Assembly: GCA_963794945.1 (NCBI GenBank)
Contig: CAWCFT010000017.1
Span: 32,001-96,000, forward strand
Origin: Endomicrobiales bacterium
GTDB lineage: Bacteria; Elusimicrobiota; Endomicrobiia; Endomicrobiales; CAWCFT01
Length of the DNA: 64,000 bases
Direction of reading: 5' to 3'
Positions 29,907 to 41,854 of the stretch are shown one piece after another. Under the pieces are notes generated by a model. That model saw only the letters and a program-made list of their open reading frames with translations, did not search any database and was not told the DNA's origin. Every line of letters begins with the position of its first letter. The stretch's first letter is position 1. The position numbers were made by a program, and so were the translations under genes.

Positions 29907-32900
29907 TTATTTATTGGGCTTAGCTTTATCTTCGGGCTTTTGCTCTGGTTTAGGCTCGGCTTTGGCCTCAGGTTCATGTTTCTCCCGCTCCGCCTTTTCC
30001 CATTTTTCAACTTTTTGAACTTCTTCGCGCCCTAGTTCTTCGTAAAGTTCATGGACTCGCTTAACGTTCTCCGGGGGTAAATCTGACGGCGTCTTTGCTT
30101 TATCTTCAGGTTTAGGCTCAGCTTTGGGTTCGCTATTTTCTTCAGTTTTAGGCTCGGTTACTTTAGCTTTGGGTATAGGTTCGGCTTTGGCATCGGGTTT
30201 AGGTTCTGATGTTTTCATTTCGGGTTTTGGCTCGGCTAGCGTACCTTTGGCTTCGGCTGTAGGTTCAGCATTGGAATCGGACTTAGGTTCTAAAGTTTTT
30301 ATTTCAGGTTTGGGCTCATCTGTTTTTACTTCGGGCTTAGGCTCAGATACCTTGACTTTGGCTTCAGGTATAGGTTTGGCTTTAGCGTCAGGTTTAAGTT
30401 CTGATGTTTTCGCTTCGGGTTTAGGTTCGATTACTTCACCTTTGGTTTCAGTCTTTAGCTCAGCCTTGACCTCAGGCTTAGTCTCAGCTTTGATGGGATC
30501 AAAAATCCTGTATGCGAGCAGTTTAACGTTGTCATTGACAAGGAACCACAGCAGAGCGTAGCCCCACACGAACCCGGCCCAGCCCCAGCCGAGGGGCGTC
30601 ATGAACAGCCCGTAAACCGCTATCAGCGTCGCTATAATCTGCGTCACTACCACCGCTATCCATAAGATATTAGCGGGACGTATTGACCAGAACCGACCGC
30701 GCGTGCGCGTGAGAAATATCGTAAGGTGCCCCGCCACGGACAATTTCAGGTACATCAGCGTCTGAATGTGCGCGCGGTCAAGATGAAATACGCGCTCACC
30801 AAGAAAAAACAGGGCAAAGGCGGAGACGACACCGATCAAGCCCAGCGCCGTTGATACACCCAGCACCATGCGCATGTTCCAGGCCTCGGGCTTGTCCTTA
30901 TAATGAACGTTGTCATAGGCAATGGACAGGATCGCGCCGTCATTGAGCAGGGCCAGCATCACTATCATAACAGCCGTTAATGGATAAAAGTTAAAGATCA
31001 GTATCGCAAGCGTCATAAAGAACAACACGCGGAGCGTCTCGGCTATGCGATAAATAGCATAGCTGTTCATTCGCTGAAATATGCGGCGGCTTTCCTTGAT
31101 CGCGTCAATTATCACCGACAAGCCAGGCGTCATTAAAACAATGGCAGCAGCGCGCGCGCAGCATCTGTCGCACCCGAAACGGCAATGCCGCAATCGGCTT
31201 TTTTGAGCGCAGGGGCGTCGTTGACTCCGTCGCCAGTCATGCCGACTATATGCCCCATCTTTTGCAGGACGTCCACAATATGGAACTTATGCTCAGGGAA
31301 AACCTGTGCAAAACCATCGGCCTTTTCGATAGAATCGGACATCTCCGCGGTCTCCTGCTTTTTCGAGTCGCCCAAGCCGCCAGCATCAAGTATATTCGCT
31401 CCCATATCCAGTTTTTTGGCTGTTTCTTTAGCGATAGCCAGCGCGTCGCCCGTAACCATCTTGACCTTTACGCCCATAGCAAGAGCTGTCGCTATCGTTG
31501 CCTTGGCATCTTCCCGCGGCGGATCGAACAGGGGCAGTACACCGACAAACTGCCATTGCCCGTCGCCCTCGTCCCTTGCCACGCCCAGCGAACGAAAACC
31601 ACGCGCCGCGAATTCATTAACTGCCTTATCGACAACGTCCTTAACCTGCCCTGCATTTGCCGACAATGCCAAAATCACCTGTGGTGCGCCCTTTGTCACC
31701 TTGAATGTCTTTCCATCTTTTGCTTTTACGGCAGCCTCCGTTCGTTTGTGCACAGCGTCAAACGGCTGGAAATGAACCACCTCATAATCTTTCAAGGCCT
31801 CTTTATCTTTAAGTCCTCCGATAACGGCTAGATCTATAGTATCGTTATTCTCCGCGCGCGACGCCAGAGTGGCATTGATGATGACTTGTTCTACCGGGAT
31901 ATTGTTCACGCTGAACGGTTCGCCCAGCGTCAGTTTGTTCTGGGTAAGTGTGCCGGTCTTGTCCGCGCACAGCACGTCCACACCCGCCAATTCCTCAATG
32001 GCAACCAGCTTGCTGACTATCGCCTGTTTTTTTGCGAGCAGGCGCGCGCCGACCGCCATCGTCACCGACAACACCGTAGGCATTGCCACCGGTATCGCAG
32101 CCACGGTAAGCACCAGGGCGAACTGCAGCGTGATGAGTATCGGGTCGCCGCGGTGGATAGCAAAAGCGATAATAACCGCCACCAGAGCCGTAGCGAGAAT
32201 TATCAGGTAATTGCCGATCTTCAAAACCGCCTTTTGAAAATGGCTTACGGTGTGCGCCACCTGAACCAGCTGAGCAGTCTTTCCGAAATATGTATTGGCG
32301 CCGGTGGCATATACCATTGCGCCTATCTCGCCCTGTCGAATGATCGAACCGGAAAATACAGCTTCGCCGGGCTTACGCGAGGCGGGCAGGGACTCTCCTG
32401 TCAAGGCGGACTGATCAACCTCTACCGGATCGCCATCAAGCAGGCGCGCGTCCGCCGGCACAATGTCGCCCAAACGCATTCGTATGACGTCGCCCGGAAC
32501 CAACTCGCGCGCAGGCGGGGTGGCCCACTTCCCATCACGTTTTACCCGGGCATTGATTGCAAGCTTGGCTTTAAGAGCGGCGATGGCGTTGCCGGCCTCA
32601 CGTTCTTCCCAAAATCCGACGACGGCGTTAGCCAACAGCAGAAGAAGGATGATTCCGAAGTCAGGCCAATGCCTGGCTACCGCCGAAAGGATCACGGCCG
32701 CTTCAATCATCCAGGGGATAGGCCCCCAAAAATATGTTAGGAATTTCAGAAATGGATTGGTCTTCTTTTCTTCTATCTCGTTAGGCCCGTATTGGGCCAG
32801 CCGTTTCTGCGCCTCAGCTTGGCTTAAACCTTCAGGCGACGACCCCAGTTTTGTCAGCAGTTCCGGCATAGGGAGAGTTTTCAGGTCGTCCTTTGATTCG

Positions 32901-32959
32901 GGTTTAGAGCCCGGCTTCGGTTCTGGTTGTTTTTTGTTCAGGTTTATATTTTCTGTCAT
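29907..32959 (-). CDS. Plasma-membrane-type proton-efflux P-type ATPase (P3A) with EPK-repeat tail, frameshifted near 31150
   Basis: LTGES, IPVAMPTVLSVT, DKTGTLT, KGAP, MTGDGVNDAPALKK, ISIAYD-like and IFLTRT motifs. Confidence 0.92.
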
Positions 32960-33018
32960 AAGAGTCTCCTCTAATTTGTTCGGGGTTCAACCGTCCGCAT
33001 AGCAGGGCAGCGATGAAC

Positions 33019-33150
33019 TTAATTATGTTTTTTGAACTGCTTAATAATTATTACCACCATTAGTAGCACCACCAGCATCCCGATAATCGTCCAGATCCCC
33101 ATCCAATTGCTCGTCCAGCCGCCCATCCATCCGTGCGCATGATTCATCAT
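33019..33150 (-). CDS. Small membrane protein
   Basis: Manual translation MMNHAHGWMGGWTSNWMGIWTIIGMLVVLLMVVIIIKQFKKHN; AGGAGG RBS. Confidence 0.6.
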   Translation of the reverse strand: MMNHAHGWMGGWTSNWMGIWTIIGMLVVLLMVVIIIKQFKKHN

Positions 33151-33238
33151 AATAAAGTTCCTCCTTTCATCAACCTTCTTAAACGGCCGCACTCCGCGAT
33201 ACCATGAGCGGAAACGACAAAACTTCTACCGGCATTGG

Positions 33239-34870
33239 TCACCGCTCTCTGGATATTCCGTAACGCCGAATCAGGGCGTTTGTCGAGCTATCATGTTTGA
33301 GCTGGTGACCGGCCCCGGCCTCGATTTCGGGTATGATGCGCGCAGAAAGCGCCTTGCCCAGCTCTACCCCCCACTGGTCAAATGAATCAATGTTCCAAAT
33401 AGCGCCCTGAGTGAAAACGCAGTGCTCATACAGCGCGACAAGCTTCCCCAGAGCCTCGGGTGTTAAGCACTCCAAAAGGATCGTGCTGGACGGACGGTTG
33501 CCCTCAAAGGTTTTGTGTGGCGCAATCCATGCCGGCGCGCCTTCGGATAAAACCTCCTGAGTTGTTTTGCCGAAAGCCAGCGCTTCCGTCTGTGCAAAAA
33601 CATTAGCCATAAGCAAGTCGTGGTGACGCCCGAGAGGATTAAGCGGCTTCATAAACGCTATAAAGTCGCAAGGGATAAGCTTACTTCCCTGGTGAATTAA
33701 CTGGTAGAAGGAGTGCTGGCCGTTAGTGCCGGGCTCACCCCAGTAGACAGGAGCGGTCTGGTAAGCGGCCTCGGCCCCGTCAAGAGTTACATGTTTGCCG
33801 TTGCTCTCCATCGTCAACTGTTGGAGGTAAGCCGGAAAGCGTTTGAGATATTGTTCATACGGCAGAACCGCAACAGTTTGCGCTCCAAAAAAGTTGTTGT
33901 ACCATATACCCAGCAACCCCATAAGCGCCGGCAAGTTGCGCTCGAAAGGGGCAGTGCGAAAATGCTCGTCCATCTGGTGAAAGCCGTCCAGCATGGCGCG
34001 GAAATTCTCAGGGCCGATGGCGACCATAGTCGAAAGACCTATAGCAGAATCCATAGAATAGCGGCCGCCGACCCAATCCCAGAATTCGAACATATTCGCG
34101 GTGTCGATGCCGAACTTAGCCACTTCCACGGCATTGGTCGAAACAGCGACAAAATGCCTGGCAATGGCAGCAGGATCTTTCAAAGTTTTAAGGGCCCAGT
34201 CGCGGGCCGTGTGCGCGTTTGTCATAGTCTCCAAAGTCGTAAAGGTTTTAGACGAAATGATAAATAAGGTTTCCTCGGCGTCAAGGCCAAGGACGGCCTC
34301 CGCAAAGTCCGTGCCGTCAACATTTGAAACAAAACGGAAAGTCAGGTTCCGCTGGCTGTAATACCGCAGCGCCTCGTAGGCCATAACCGGCCCCAGATCA
34401 GACCCGCCGATACCTATATTAACGATGTTGCGAACCGGTTTGCCTGTATAGCCCTTCCATTCCCCGCTGCGCACCCGGTCGGCGAAGCCGGCCATCTTGT
34501 CGAGCACGGCATGGACCTGAGGCACAACATCTTCACCGTCTACTATAATGGACTGCCCTTTGGGGGTTCGCAAGGCCGTGTGCAGGACAGCCCGCTTCTC
34601 CGTGACGTTGATCTTCTCGCCCCTGAACATGGCATCAATGCGATCTTTGAGGCCCGATTCCCCCGCCAACTGCAGCAAGAGTTTAATTGTCTCGCCGGTG
34701 ACCCGGTGCTTCGAATAATCAAAGTAGATGCCGACGGCCTCAACTGTCATGCGCTCACCGCGCTTTGGATCGTCCGAGAAGAGCTTCCGGAGATGCAGCT
34801 CTTTGATTTTTGTGTAATGGGTTTCGAGAGCCTGCCACGCGGCGAGTTTTGTGAGCGGTTTCTTTGTCAT
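33239..34870 (-). CDS. pgi: Glucose-6-phosphate isomerase
   Basis: [37 protein letters not shown]. Confidence 0.97.
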   Translation of the reverse strand: MTKKPLTKLAAWQALETHYTKIKELHLRKLFSDDPKRGERMTVEAVGIYFDYSKHRVTGETIKLLLQLAGESGLKDRIDAMFRGEKINVTEKRAVLHTALRTPKGQSIIVDGEDVVPQVHAVLDKMAGFADRVRSGEWKGYTGKPVRNIVNIGIGGSDLGPVMAYEALRYYSQRNLTFRFVSNVDGTDFAEAVLGLDAEETLFIISSKTFTTLETMTNAHTARDWALKTLKDPAAIARHFVAVSTNAVEVAKFGIDTANMFEFWDWVGGRYSMDSAIGLSTMVAIGPENFRAMLDGFHQMDEHFRTAPFERNLPALMGLLGIWYNNFFGAQTVAVLPYEQYLKRFPAYLQQLTMESNGKHVTLDGAEAAYQTAPVYWGEPGTNGQHSFYQLIHQGSKLIPCDFIAFMKPLNPLGRHHDLLMANVFAQTEALAFGKTTQEVLSEGAPAWIAPHKTFEGNRPSSTILLECLTPEALGKLVALYEHCVFTQGAIWNIDSFDQWGVELGKALSARIIPEIEAGAGHQLKHDSSTNALIRRYGISRER

Positions 34871-34881
34871 GTTAATTCCTT

Positions 34882-35751
34882 TTAATCCGTTAATTGTTTG
34901 CGAATAGCTGTCAATTCCTGCAGGCGTTTTGCGCTGGTCTTGGGATATGCCATTTTAAGTTCATCGAGCGCGTCGAGGACGATTTGTGAAACGATCAACC
35001 GGGCGTTCTCCTTGTCATCCGCTGGAACGACGTACCAGGGCGCGTGATCGGCGCTTGTCTCGCTCAGGCAGGCTTCATAAGCCTTCATATAATGCTTCCA
35101 ATACTTCCTCTCGCGAATGTCTGACAGGCTGAATTTCCAGTTCTTCTCCGGCTCATTAATGCGCTCAAAGAAACGTTTTCTTTGTTCTTTTTTCGACAAG
35201 TGGAGGAAAATCTTAACGATCCGCGTGCCGTTACGGTGAAGATGCTTCTCCAAATCCGTTATGGAACGATATCTTTCCTTCCAAATGGACTTCTCGTCTA
35301 TCAACTCATCGGGAAGCCCCTGCCCCCTTAGTATCTCCGGATGCACGCGCACAACGAGCACTTCTTCATAATAGGAACGATTGAAGATGCCGATCCGCCC
35401 GCGTTCGGGCAGATGACGGGTCGTGCGCCAGAGAAAATCATGTTTCAGCTCCTCGGCGCTCGGTTGTTTGAAACTGAAAACCTGGCAGCCCTGCGGGTTG
35501 ACCCCTGACATTACGTGCCGAATGGCGCCGTCCTTGCCGCCTGAATCCATCCCCTGAAAAATGAGCAGCAGCGCGTAGCGGCCCGAAGCATAGTGAAGGC
35601 GCTGCAACGAACTCATTTTCTCGACGTGTTCTTCCAGGAGTTTTTGATAGTTCTTCTTAGACTTGAAAAAAGGCTTGACTTTTGTCGGCCAATCAGCGAG
35701 ACTGATCTTCTTTCCCGGTCGTACGCAGAAATCCTTTGACTTAATTTTCAT
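34882..35751 (-). CDS. ppk2: Polyphosphate kinase 2 family (class III-like)
   Basis: [32 protein letters not shown]. Confidence 0.93.
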   Translation of the reverse strand: MKIKSKDFCVRPGKKISLADWPTKVKPFFKSKKNYQKLLEEHVEKMSSLQRLHYASGRYALLLIFQGMDSGGKDGAIRHVMSGVNPQGCQVFSFKQPSAEELKHDFLWRTTRHLPERGRIGIFNRSYYEEVLVVRVHPEILRGQGLPDELIDEKSIWKERYRSITDLEKHLHRNGTRIVKIFLHLSKKEQRKRFFERINEPEKNWKFSLSDIRERKYWKHYMKAYEACLSETSADHAPWYVVPADDKENARLIVSQIVLDALDELKMAYPKTSAKRLQELTAIRKQLTD

Positions 35752-35789
35752 CTTAACTCCTTCGTGCCGCGAGTTATGCAAAGTTGCGC

Positions 35790-36830
35790 TTATTTGAGAG
35801 GGTTGGTTGATATACTTTCCATCGCGGCATTGTATTCACCGAGGCGCGCGGCACGGTTGCACGCGGCTCGATGGTACAGAGCTTGCTGTGCAGCGGGGAC
35901 ATTGGCTTCCTCGCCTTTCCAAATCTCCAAAGCCGGCTGTTGGATCGCGCGGGCAAACGAGAATGCCAGCGCCCAGGGCAATCGCGATTTAAACCTTAAA
36001 TTCATGGCATTCAAACGCGCCGAAGCAAGCGCAGCTGATTGCCCTCCAGACAAAAACGCAATTCCAGGAACGGCGGCGGGCACGGCCCGCAATGGACACT
36101 TCACCGTGGCGTCGGCAACTTCGTCCACTGTTTTCTGTTCGGGACAAGCCAATCCAGGAACCACCATGTTGGGCTTAAGTATCATACCCTCAAGCATTAC
36201 CCGTTGTATGTAAAGTTGGTTGAAAACTGTTTTAAGGACTTCCTCCGTTACCTCAAAACACCGTTCGATGGTATGTCCACCATCCATGAGCACTTCCGGC
36301 TCGACGATGGGTACCAGGCCTGCTTCCTGACACAAGGCGGCATAGCGTGCCAGCGCGTGAGCGTTTGCCTCGATACAAGCCCGGCTTGGAATACCTTCGG
36401 AGATGGCGATCACAGTGCGCCACTTGGCGAACCGGGCGCCCATTTTAAAGTATTCGGACAGGCGGCTTCGCAATCCGTCAAGACCTTCAGTTACCTTCTC
36501 TCCGGGATGGCCTGCCATATCCTTTGCGCCGGTGTCCACCTTGATTCCTGGAATTATCCTCGCGTCAGTAATGACTTTGATGAATGGAGTCCCGTCTTTT
36601 TTGGACTGTCGTATGGTCTCATCATAAAGGATAACGCCGCTGATAGATTCACTTAAACCCGGAGTTGTAACTATCAACTCCCGATAGGCTCGTCGGGCCT
36701 CTACTGTTTGTGGAATACCCAACTTGGCGAATCGTTTATCGCAGGTTGAATTACTTTCATCCATAGCTAACAGGCCCTTGTCTCCGGCGACCATCGTTTT
36801 GGCTGTTGCTATAAGCTGCTGTTCGTTCAT
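35790..36830 (-). CDS. Class I fructose-bisphosphate aldolase
   Basis: [39 protein letters not shown]. Confidence 0.95.
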   Translation of the reverse strand: MNEQQLIATAKTMVAGDKGLLAMDESNSTCDKRFAKLGIPQTVEARRAYRELIVTTPGLSESISGVILYDETIRQSKKDGTPFIKVITDARIIPGIKVDTGAKDMAGHPGEKVTEGLDGLRSRLSEYFKMGARFAKWRTVIAISEGIPSRACIEANAHALARYAALCQEAGLVPIVEPEVLMDGGHTIERCFEVTEEVLKTVFNQLYIQRVMLEGMILKPNMVVPGLACPEQKTVDEVADATVKCPLRAVPAAVPGIAFLSGGQSAALASARLNAMNLRFKSRLPWALAFSFARAIQQPALEIWKGEEANVPAAQQALYHRAACNRAARLGEYNAAMESISTNPLK

Positions 36831-39196
36831 TTGTTATTACCCCACTTCCAGTTGCGGACCTCCGGCATGTCAAGCCCATTTTTGTCGATATACTTTCTGT
36901 GTTCGACAAGTTTATCCTCCAGCATCTTTTTGAGCTTGGCGCCTTTTGCGCCCAACTGCGGCAGGCGGCTTATAGCGTCGAGCGCCAGGTGGAACCTGTC
37001 AAGTCCGTTCAAGACCGTCATATCGAAATAAGTCGTGATGGTGCCCTCTTCCTTGTAGCCGTGAACGTGCATATTTTGATGGTTATTGCGGCGGTATGTC
37101 AGCAGGTGGACAAGCTTTGGGTATCCATGGAACGCGAAGATGACCGGTTTATCTTTCGTAAATAAAGCGTCGAACTCCTGCTCCTTCAATCCGTGCGGAT
37201 GCTGCGTGTCCGATTCCAGTTTCATCAGATCGACAACGTTTATAACGCGGACCTTCAGTTCCGGCAGATGTTCGCGCAGGATTGAAACGGCGGCAAGGCA
37301 CTCAAGCGTAGGCACGTCGCCGCAGCAGGCCATCACCACGTCCGGTTCCCCGCCATTATCACTGCAGGCCCATTTCCATACGCCTATCCCTTGTGTGCAA
37401 TGTTCTATCGCGGCGTCCATATCCAGCCATTGGGGCGCCTGGTATTTTCCCGCTATCACTACGTTAACATAATGCCTGCTCCTTAAACAATGATCCCAAA
37501 TCGACAGCAGGCAGTTGGCGTCAGGCGCAAGATACACGCGCACGATTGAGGCCTTCTTGTTTACAACGTGATCTATGAAGCCTGGGTCTTGATGGGTAAA
37601 ACCGTTGTGAGCCTGTTGCCAGATATGTGAGGCAAGCAGATAGTTTAGTGACGCGATCTTGCGCCGCCACGGCAACTCCGCCGTGACTTTTAACCACTTG
37701 GCGTGCTGGTTGAACATCGAATCGATTATGTGAACGAAAGCCTCATAGCAATTGAACAGCCCGTGCCGACCCGTGAGCAGATAACCTTCCAGCCACCCTT
37801 CGCATTGATGTTCGCTGAGCGCCTCCATTATCCGGCCGTCGGTCGCGAGAAACTCGTCGTTGTCTTTTGTCCTGGCTTCCCACTGGCGGTTGGTGACCTC
37901 AAAAACGGCATTCAACCTGTTGGAAAGAGTTTCGTCAGGGCCGAATATCCTGAAATTCCGCTGCTCCTTATTAAGGCTTGCCACATCGCGCAAAAACACT
38001 CCGAGCGCATTCGCGTCAGAGGCTTCGACCGCTCCCGGAGCCGGCACTTTCACAGCATATTTCCGAAAGTCCGGCATAACAAGGTCTTTCAGAACCAACC
38101 CGCCGTTTGTGTGAGGGTTGGCGCCCATTCTTCGCTTGCCTTTGGGCGCAAGCTCCGCCAGTTCCGGTATGAGACGCCCTTCTTTATCAAAAAGTTCCTC
38201 CGCTTTATAGATTTTCATCCAGCTTTCAAGGATCTTTAGATGGTCAGGATGCTCTTTGTCAACCAGCAAAGGTATCTGATGGGCCCGGAATGTGCCCTCG
38301 ATCTGTAGTCCGTCGACGACTTTCGGTCCTGTCCAGCCCTTTGGCGAATTGAGCACGATCATCGGCCAGCGTGGCCGCGTAGTGTCGTTCTTGCTGCGCG
38401 CGTTGTTTTGAATATCTCTAATACTTTCTATAACCTCTTCTAAAGCGCCCGCCATGAGCTGATGCATTTTTTCAGGGTCATCGCCTTCCACAAAGTAGGG
38501 AGTCCAGCCGCAGCCTCGAAGGAATTGCTCCAGTTCCTCGCGCTCTATGCGGGCAAGAATGGTCGGGTTGGCTATTTTATAGCCGTTAAGATGCAGGATA
38601 GGCAGCACAGCCCCGTCTGTGATGGGATTGAGAAATTTGTTGGAGTGCCATGCGGTCGCGAGAGGCCCTGTCTCCGCTTCTCCGTCGCCGATAACGCAAG
38701 TAACGATCAAATCGGGATTATCGAACGCGGCTCCGAAAGCGTGGCTAAGCGAATAGCCCAGCTCGCCGCCTTCGTGGATAGACCCGGGCGTCGTAGGAGC
38801 GACATGGCTCGAAATACCGCCGGGAAATGAAAATTGCTTGAACAACTTTCTTAAGCCGTCTTCATCCCGGGTGATGTCCGGATAAACCTCGCTCCAGGTG
38901 CCTTCCAGGTAAACATTTCCCACAACAGCCGGGCCGCCGTGGCCCGGGCCCGCGACATAGAACATATTGAGGTCATATTTTTTGATGACCCGGTTTAGAT
39001 GCGCGTAGATAAAGTTCTGGCCTGGCGTCGTGCCCCAGTGACCGAGCAGCATGGATTTCACGTGCGACAGTTTCAACGGCTTGCGCAGAAGGGGGTTCTC
39101 GTGCAGATAAAGCTGGCCGACAGACAGGTAGTTAGCCGCGCGCCAGTAAGCGTTTATTTTGTTAAGCAATTCCGGTGACAGTACGTTGCTATTCAT
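36827..39196 (-). CDS. xfp: Xylulose-5-phosphate / fructose-6-phosphate phosphoketolase
   Basis: [40 protein letters not shown]. Confidence 0.97.
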   Translation of the reverse strand: MNSNVLSPELLNKINAYWRAANYLSVGQLYLHENPLLRKPLKLSHVKSMLLGHWGTTPGQNFIYAHLNRVIKKYDLNMFYVAGPGHGGPAVVGNVYLEGTWSEVYPDITRDEDGLRKLFKQFSFPGGISSHVAPTTPGSIHEGGELGYSLSHAFGAAFDNPDLIVTCVIGDGEAETGPLATAWHSNKFLNPITDGAVLPILHLNGYKIANPTILARIEREELEQFLRGCGWTPYFVEGDDPEKMHQLMAGALEEVIESIRDIQNNARSKNDTTRPRWPMIVLNSPKGWTGPKVVDGLQIEGTFRAHQIPLLVDKEHPDHLKILESWMKIYKAEELFDKEGRLIPELAELAPKGKRRMGANPHTNGGLVLKDLVMPDFRKYAVKVPAPGAVEASDANALGVFLRDVASLNKEQRNFRIFGPDETLSNRLNAVFEVTNRQWEARTKDNDEFLATDGRIMEALSEHQCEGWLEGYLLTGRHGLFNCYEAFVHIIDSMFNQHAKWLKVTAELPWRRKIASLNYLLASHIWQQAHNGFTHQDPGFIDHVVNKKASIVRVYLAPDANCLLSIWDHCLRSRHYVNVVIAGKYQAPQWLDMDAAIEHCTQGIGVWKWACSDNGGEPDVVMACCGDVPTLECLAAVSILREHLPELKVRVINVVDLMKLESDTQHPHGLKEQEFDALFTKDKPVIFAFHGYPKLVHLLTYRRNNHQNMHVHGYKEEGTITTYFDMTVLNGLDRFHLALDAISRLPQLGAKGAKLKKMLEDKLVEHRKYIDKNGLDMPEVRNWKWGNNK

Positions 39197-39224
39197 GGTT
39201 AAATTCTCCTTGTTTAATTAATCC

Positions 39225-40058
39225 CTAACGCGCGATTATATGTTCTTTGTCACTATGAATGCCGCAAACTGCTTCCTCCCGTTTGCTTTTACGAGCATGC
39301 TTTTGGCCAACCGGTTCATCAGCCCAGTATCCCTGGCGATTGTAATGTTGATGCAGTTCGGCCTCATAATCCCTGGTTATCAAAGACTCGTCCGTGTATT
39401 CCGGCGACTGTTTGACGGCCTCTCTGGAAAGATTGACGAAAACTTTCGACTCACTCCAACTGACGCGCTCTATCCATTTCGGGGAAACCAGCACCTTTTT
39501 ACCAGGCCACCAGTTATGTGTATTGATGATTAAATAGCGAATCTCCCATGTCATATCATCTATTATAAAATCCTCAACGTGGCCGATCTCGCCATCTGAA
39601 GCTTGTATGTGATGGCCGCTCACATCATCGGTGCTGCGTAAATGGGGGTCAAATGCTTTCTTGTTTTTCATTAATTTTTTCCATTTCTTAGGGCCGCGCA
39701 CAATATATGGAGAAGGCCCCCACGTATATGGGCCGTTCCAATACATCGGCCATCCATAATGGCCGTAATACGCCTCCTCGTATTGCCTGGAAACGGGCTT
39801 GTGGCTGTCCAGGGGCGGGCTATCCTCAATTTGCTTTTTTGTCAAATCAATGCCGATGCTCTGCTCTTCTTTATGTATGGCAACCAGCGAATACGGAGAG
39901 ATTAACACCTGCCTGTCCGAAAGCCAGTTTCCTGCGTCAACTACCAGATAGCGAATCGTCCAGTAGTGGTCATCAAAAAAGAATTCTTTGACTTTCCCTA
40001 TTTCCCCATCGAGACTATGCAATTTGTAACCTGTTAATGTTGTGGCTTTGTTTAACAT
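39225..40058 (-). CDS. Tandem PRC-barrel domain protein
   Basis: Two DGEIG-x-V...W-IRYL repeats. Confidence 0.88.
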   Translation of the reverse strand: MLNKATTLTGYKLHSLDGEIGKVKEFFFDDHYWTIRYLVVDAGNWLSDRQVLISPYSLVAIHKEEQSIGIDLTKKQIEDSPPLDSHKPVSRQYEEAYYGHYGWPMYWNGPYTWGPSPYIVRGPKKWKKLMKNKKAFDPHLRSTDDVSGHHIQASDGEIGHVEDFIIDDMTWEIRYLIINTHNWWPGKKVLVSPKWIERVSWSESKVFVNLSREAVKQSPEYTDESLITRDYEAELHQHYNRQGYWADEPVGQKHARKSKREEAVCGIHSDKEHIIAR

Positions 40059-40203
40059 GATATACTCCTTTATGTTGCGTTTCGCCTTCGGCGAAACTTA
40101 CCTTCACTTTCGTTCAAGTTGTTTCCGCTTCGCGGGATTCTCTCAACCTTTCCAATCGGATTAACTTCACCTTGTTCTTCAACTTGTCACAATGGTGACA
40201 GGT

Positions 40204-41775
40204 TTATCTAACGGTAACATTGTTATAGACCCGGCTTGCGCCGCCCTGGTAGGCATAATCAGTCAGTTTGTTATACTCAAACCAGCCGGTGACCGCGCCG
40301 GTGAGCGTGGCAACCCCGTTCGCCACTTTTACGGTGATGTCGTCAAGGTTCACCCACGGGCTCCAGAACATATCTTCCTTTATATTCGCCTCTGTTTCCG
40401 CATCGCTGATATAGTTCCACCTGTTGGGGTGGTATGGTTGATACTCATTCCAGTAATAAGAAGGCGTATAACCCCAGTCAGGATCGTAACTTAAATCGTA
40501 ATAGTCCAGGGACGGCGAGTTGACCTTGATGTTGTTTTTCACATTCATCGCGCCGTTTGCCAGCGAAGCGATATCGTCCGCTTGCGCTTTCTCATAGTTA
40601 GAATCTACGTTGCCGCTGAGAGTAATGACACCGTTCTTCGCTTTCACCTCGATATCATAATTTTCGAGGGCAGAATCAAGCAAAATGGCCGAGAATACGT
40701 TCTGCGCAAGCTCGATATCCGGCACCGGTTTGGCCGGGCGGATCTTAAGCAGGTTCTTTACGCGCCAAACCCCGACGGTATTTTTCGCATCCTGTTCGGC
40801 GGCGCGTTTGGCTTTGAGATTATTGACAATACCGCTGAGCGTTACGGCGCCATTCTCCACGTCCACTCCGGGCCCAAACGAGAAAACGCGCGGATCAAAT
40901 ACGAACGCGTCAAGCACCGCCTGTTTGATCTGTGAATCGTCTTTAAATGTAACTATCTCCTTACGCTGGCCCCTCGCCCTGGCCCACGGCTCAACCTTCA
41001 GCCCCTCGGCGTTCACCGATTTTACTCCGGCAGTCATCGCTAAAAGAACAGCCAGGTCATTCTGCGCGGGGGTGCCCACTTCGCCGGTCAGCGTCACCAC
41101 TCCGTCCTTAACATTCGTATTGATGAAGTTCGGTTCCAGCCATACACTGATAGCGATGGCGCGTTTCACATCGTTAGCGATCTCCGCGTCAGTGCGTTTG
41201 CCGGTGTTCTTTATACTGATATTGTCTCTCACATCCCTCACACCCTTTACTCTTTCGGTGTCGTGCATCGCGATCCGTTTTTCGCGGAAAGACTGCACGG
41301 CGCCGTTGAGCGTCACGACACCTTCTTTGACAGATGGCTCGATATTGAATGAACTCGTAGCCGCGTCATAAAGCAGCGCGGCTTTAACGTCCTTACTGAT
41401 CTCTTTGTCCGTCCTAGATGAAACTTTTAGTTCGATGGTATTTACTACCCCGCGCACGCCGCGGATGGTCTCGGCTATCTTAACCGCGCGCTCTTTGGCC
41501 ATCAGCTGATTCACCGTGCCTGAGAGTGTGACAATCCCGTCATTAACTTTCACATCGATCTGTTCATTGAGCATTTCCGAGTCCGAGAGAAGCATTTGAT
41601 CGACAGCGTTTGCGATCTGCTGATCGGTCATCATCTTTTGCTCTTTGGGCACAGCCCAGCAGGCGGCAGAAGCAAACGCGAGGCATACTGCCGCTACGAG
41701 CGCCATAGCCGCTTTTCGTCCCATGCGGCGATCATTCAATTTACAGATTTTGAACATCTTTATTTTGTTCAACAT
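40204..41775 (-). CDS. Multi-BON-domain protein (about six BON repeats)
   Basis: Repeated G(I/V/A)(V/I/A)TL(S/T/N)G motifs after a signal peptide. Confidence 0.9.
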   Translation of the reverse strand: MLNKIKMFKICKLNDRRMGRKAAMALVAAVCLAFASAACWAVPKEQKMMTDQQIANAVDQMLLSDSEMLNEQIDVKVNDGIVTLSGTVNQLMAKERAVKIAETIRGVRGVVNTIELKVSSRTDKEISKDVKAALLYDAATSSFNIEPSVKEGVVTLNGAVQSFREKRIAMHDTERVKGVRDVRDNISIKNTGKRTDAEIANDVKRAIAISVWLEPNFINTNVKDGVVTLTGEVGTPAQNDLAVLLAMTAGVKSVNAEGLKVEPWARARGQRKEIVTFKDDSQIKQAVLDAFVFDPRVFSFGPGVDVENGAVTLSGIVNNLKAKRAAEQDAKNTVGVWRVKNLLKIRPAKPVPDIELAQNVFSAILLDSALENYDIEVKAKNGVITLSGNVDSNYEKAQADDIASLANGAMNVKNNIKVNSPSLDYYDLSYDPDWGYTPSYYWNEYQPYHPNRWNYISDAETEANIKEDMFWSPWVNLDDITVKVANGVATLTGAVTGWFEYNKLTDYAYQGGASRVYNNVTVR

Positions 41776-41854
41776 AATAATTCTCCTTTTATCTTTAAGT
41801 ATTTTTTCTGCTCACAGTCGTCCTCCGGCTGACAGTGTATTTGATAAACATTTT

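Noticed and set aside
29930..30480. Periodic repeats as a possible CRISPR array
   Set aside because: Degenerate, in-frame coding repeats (EPKPEAK) with no constant repeat/unique spacer pattern and no cas genes.
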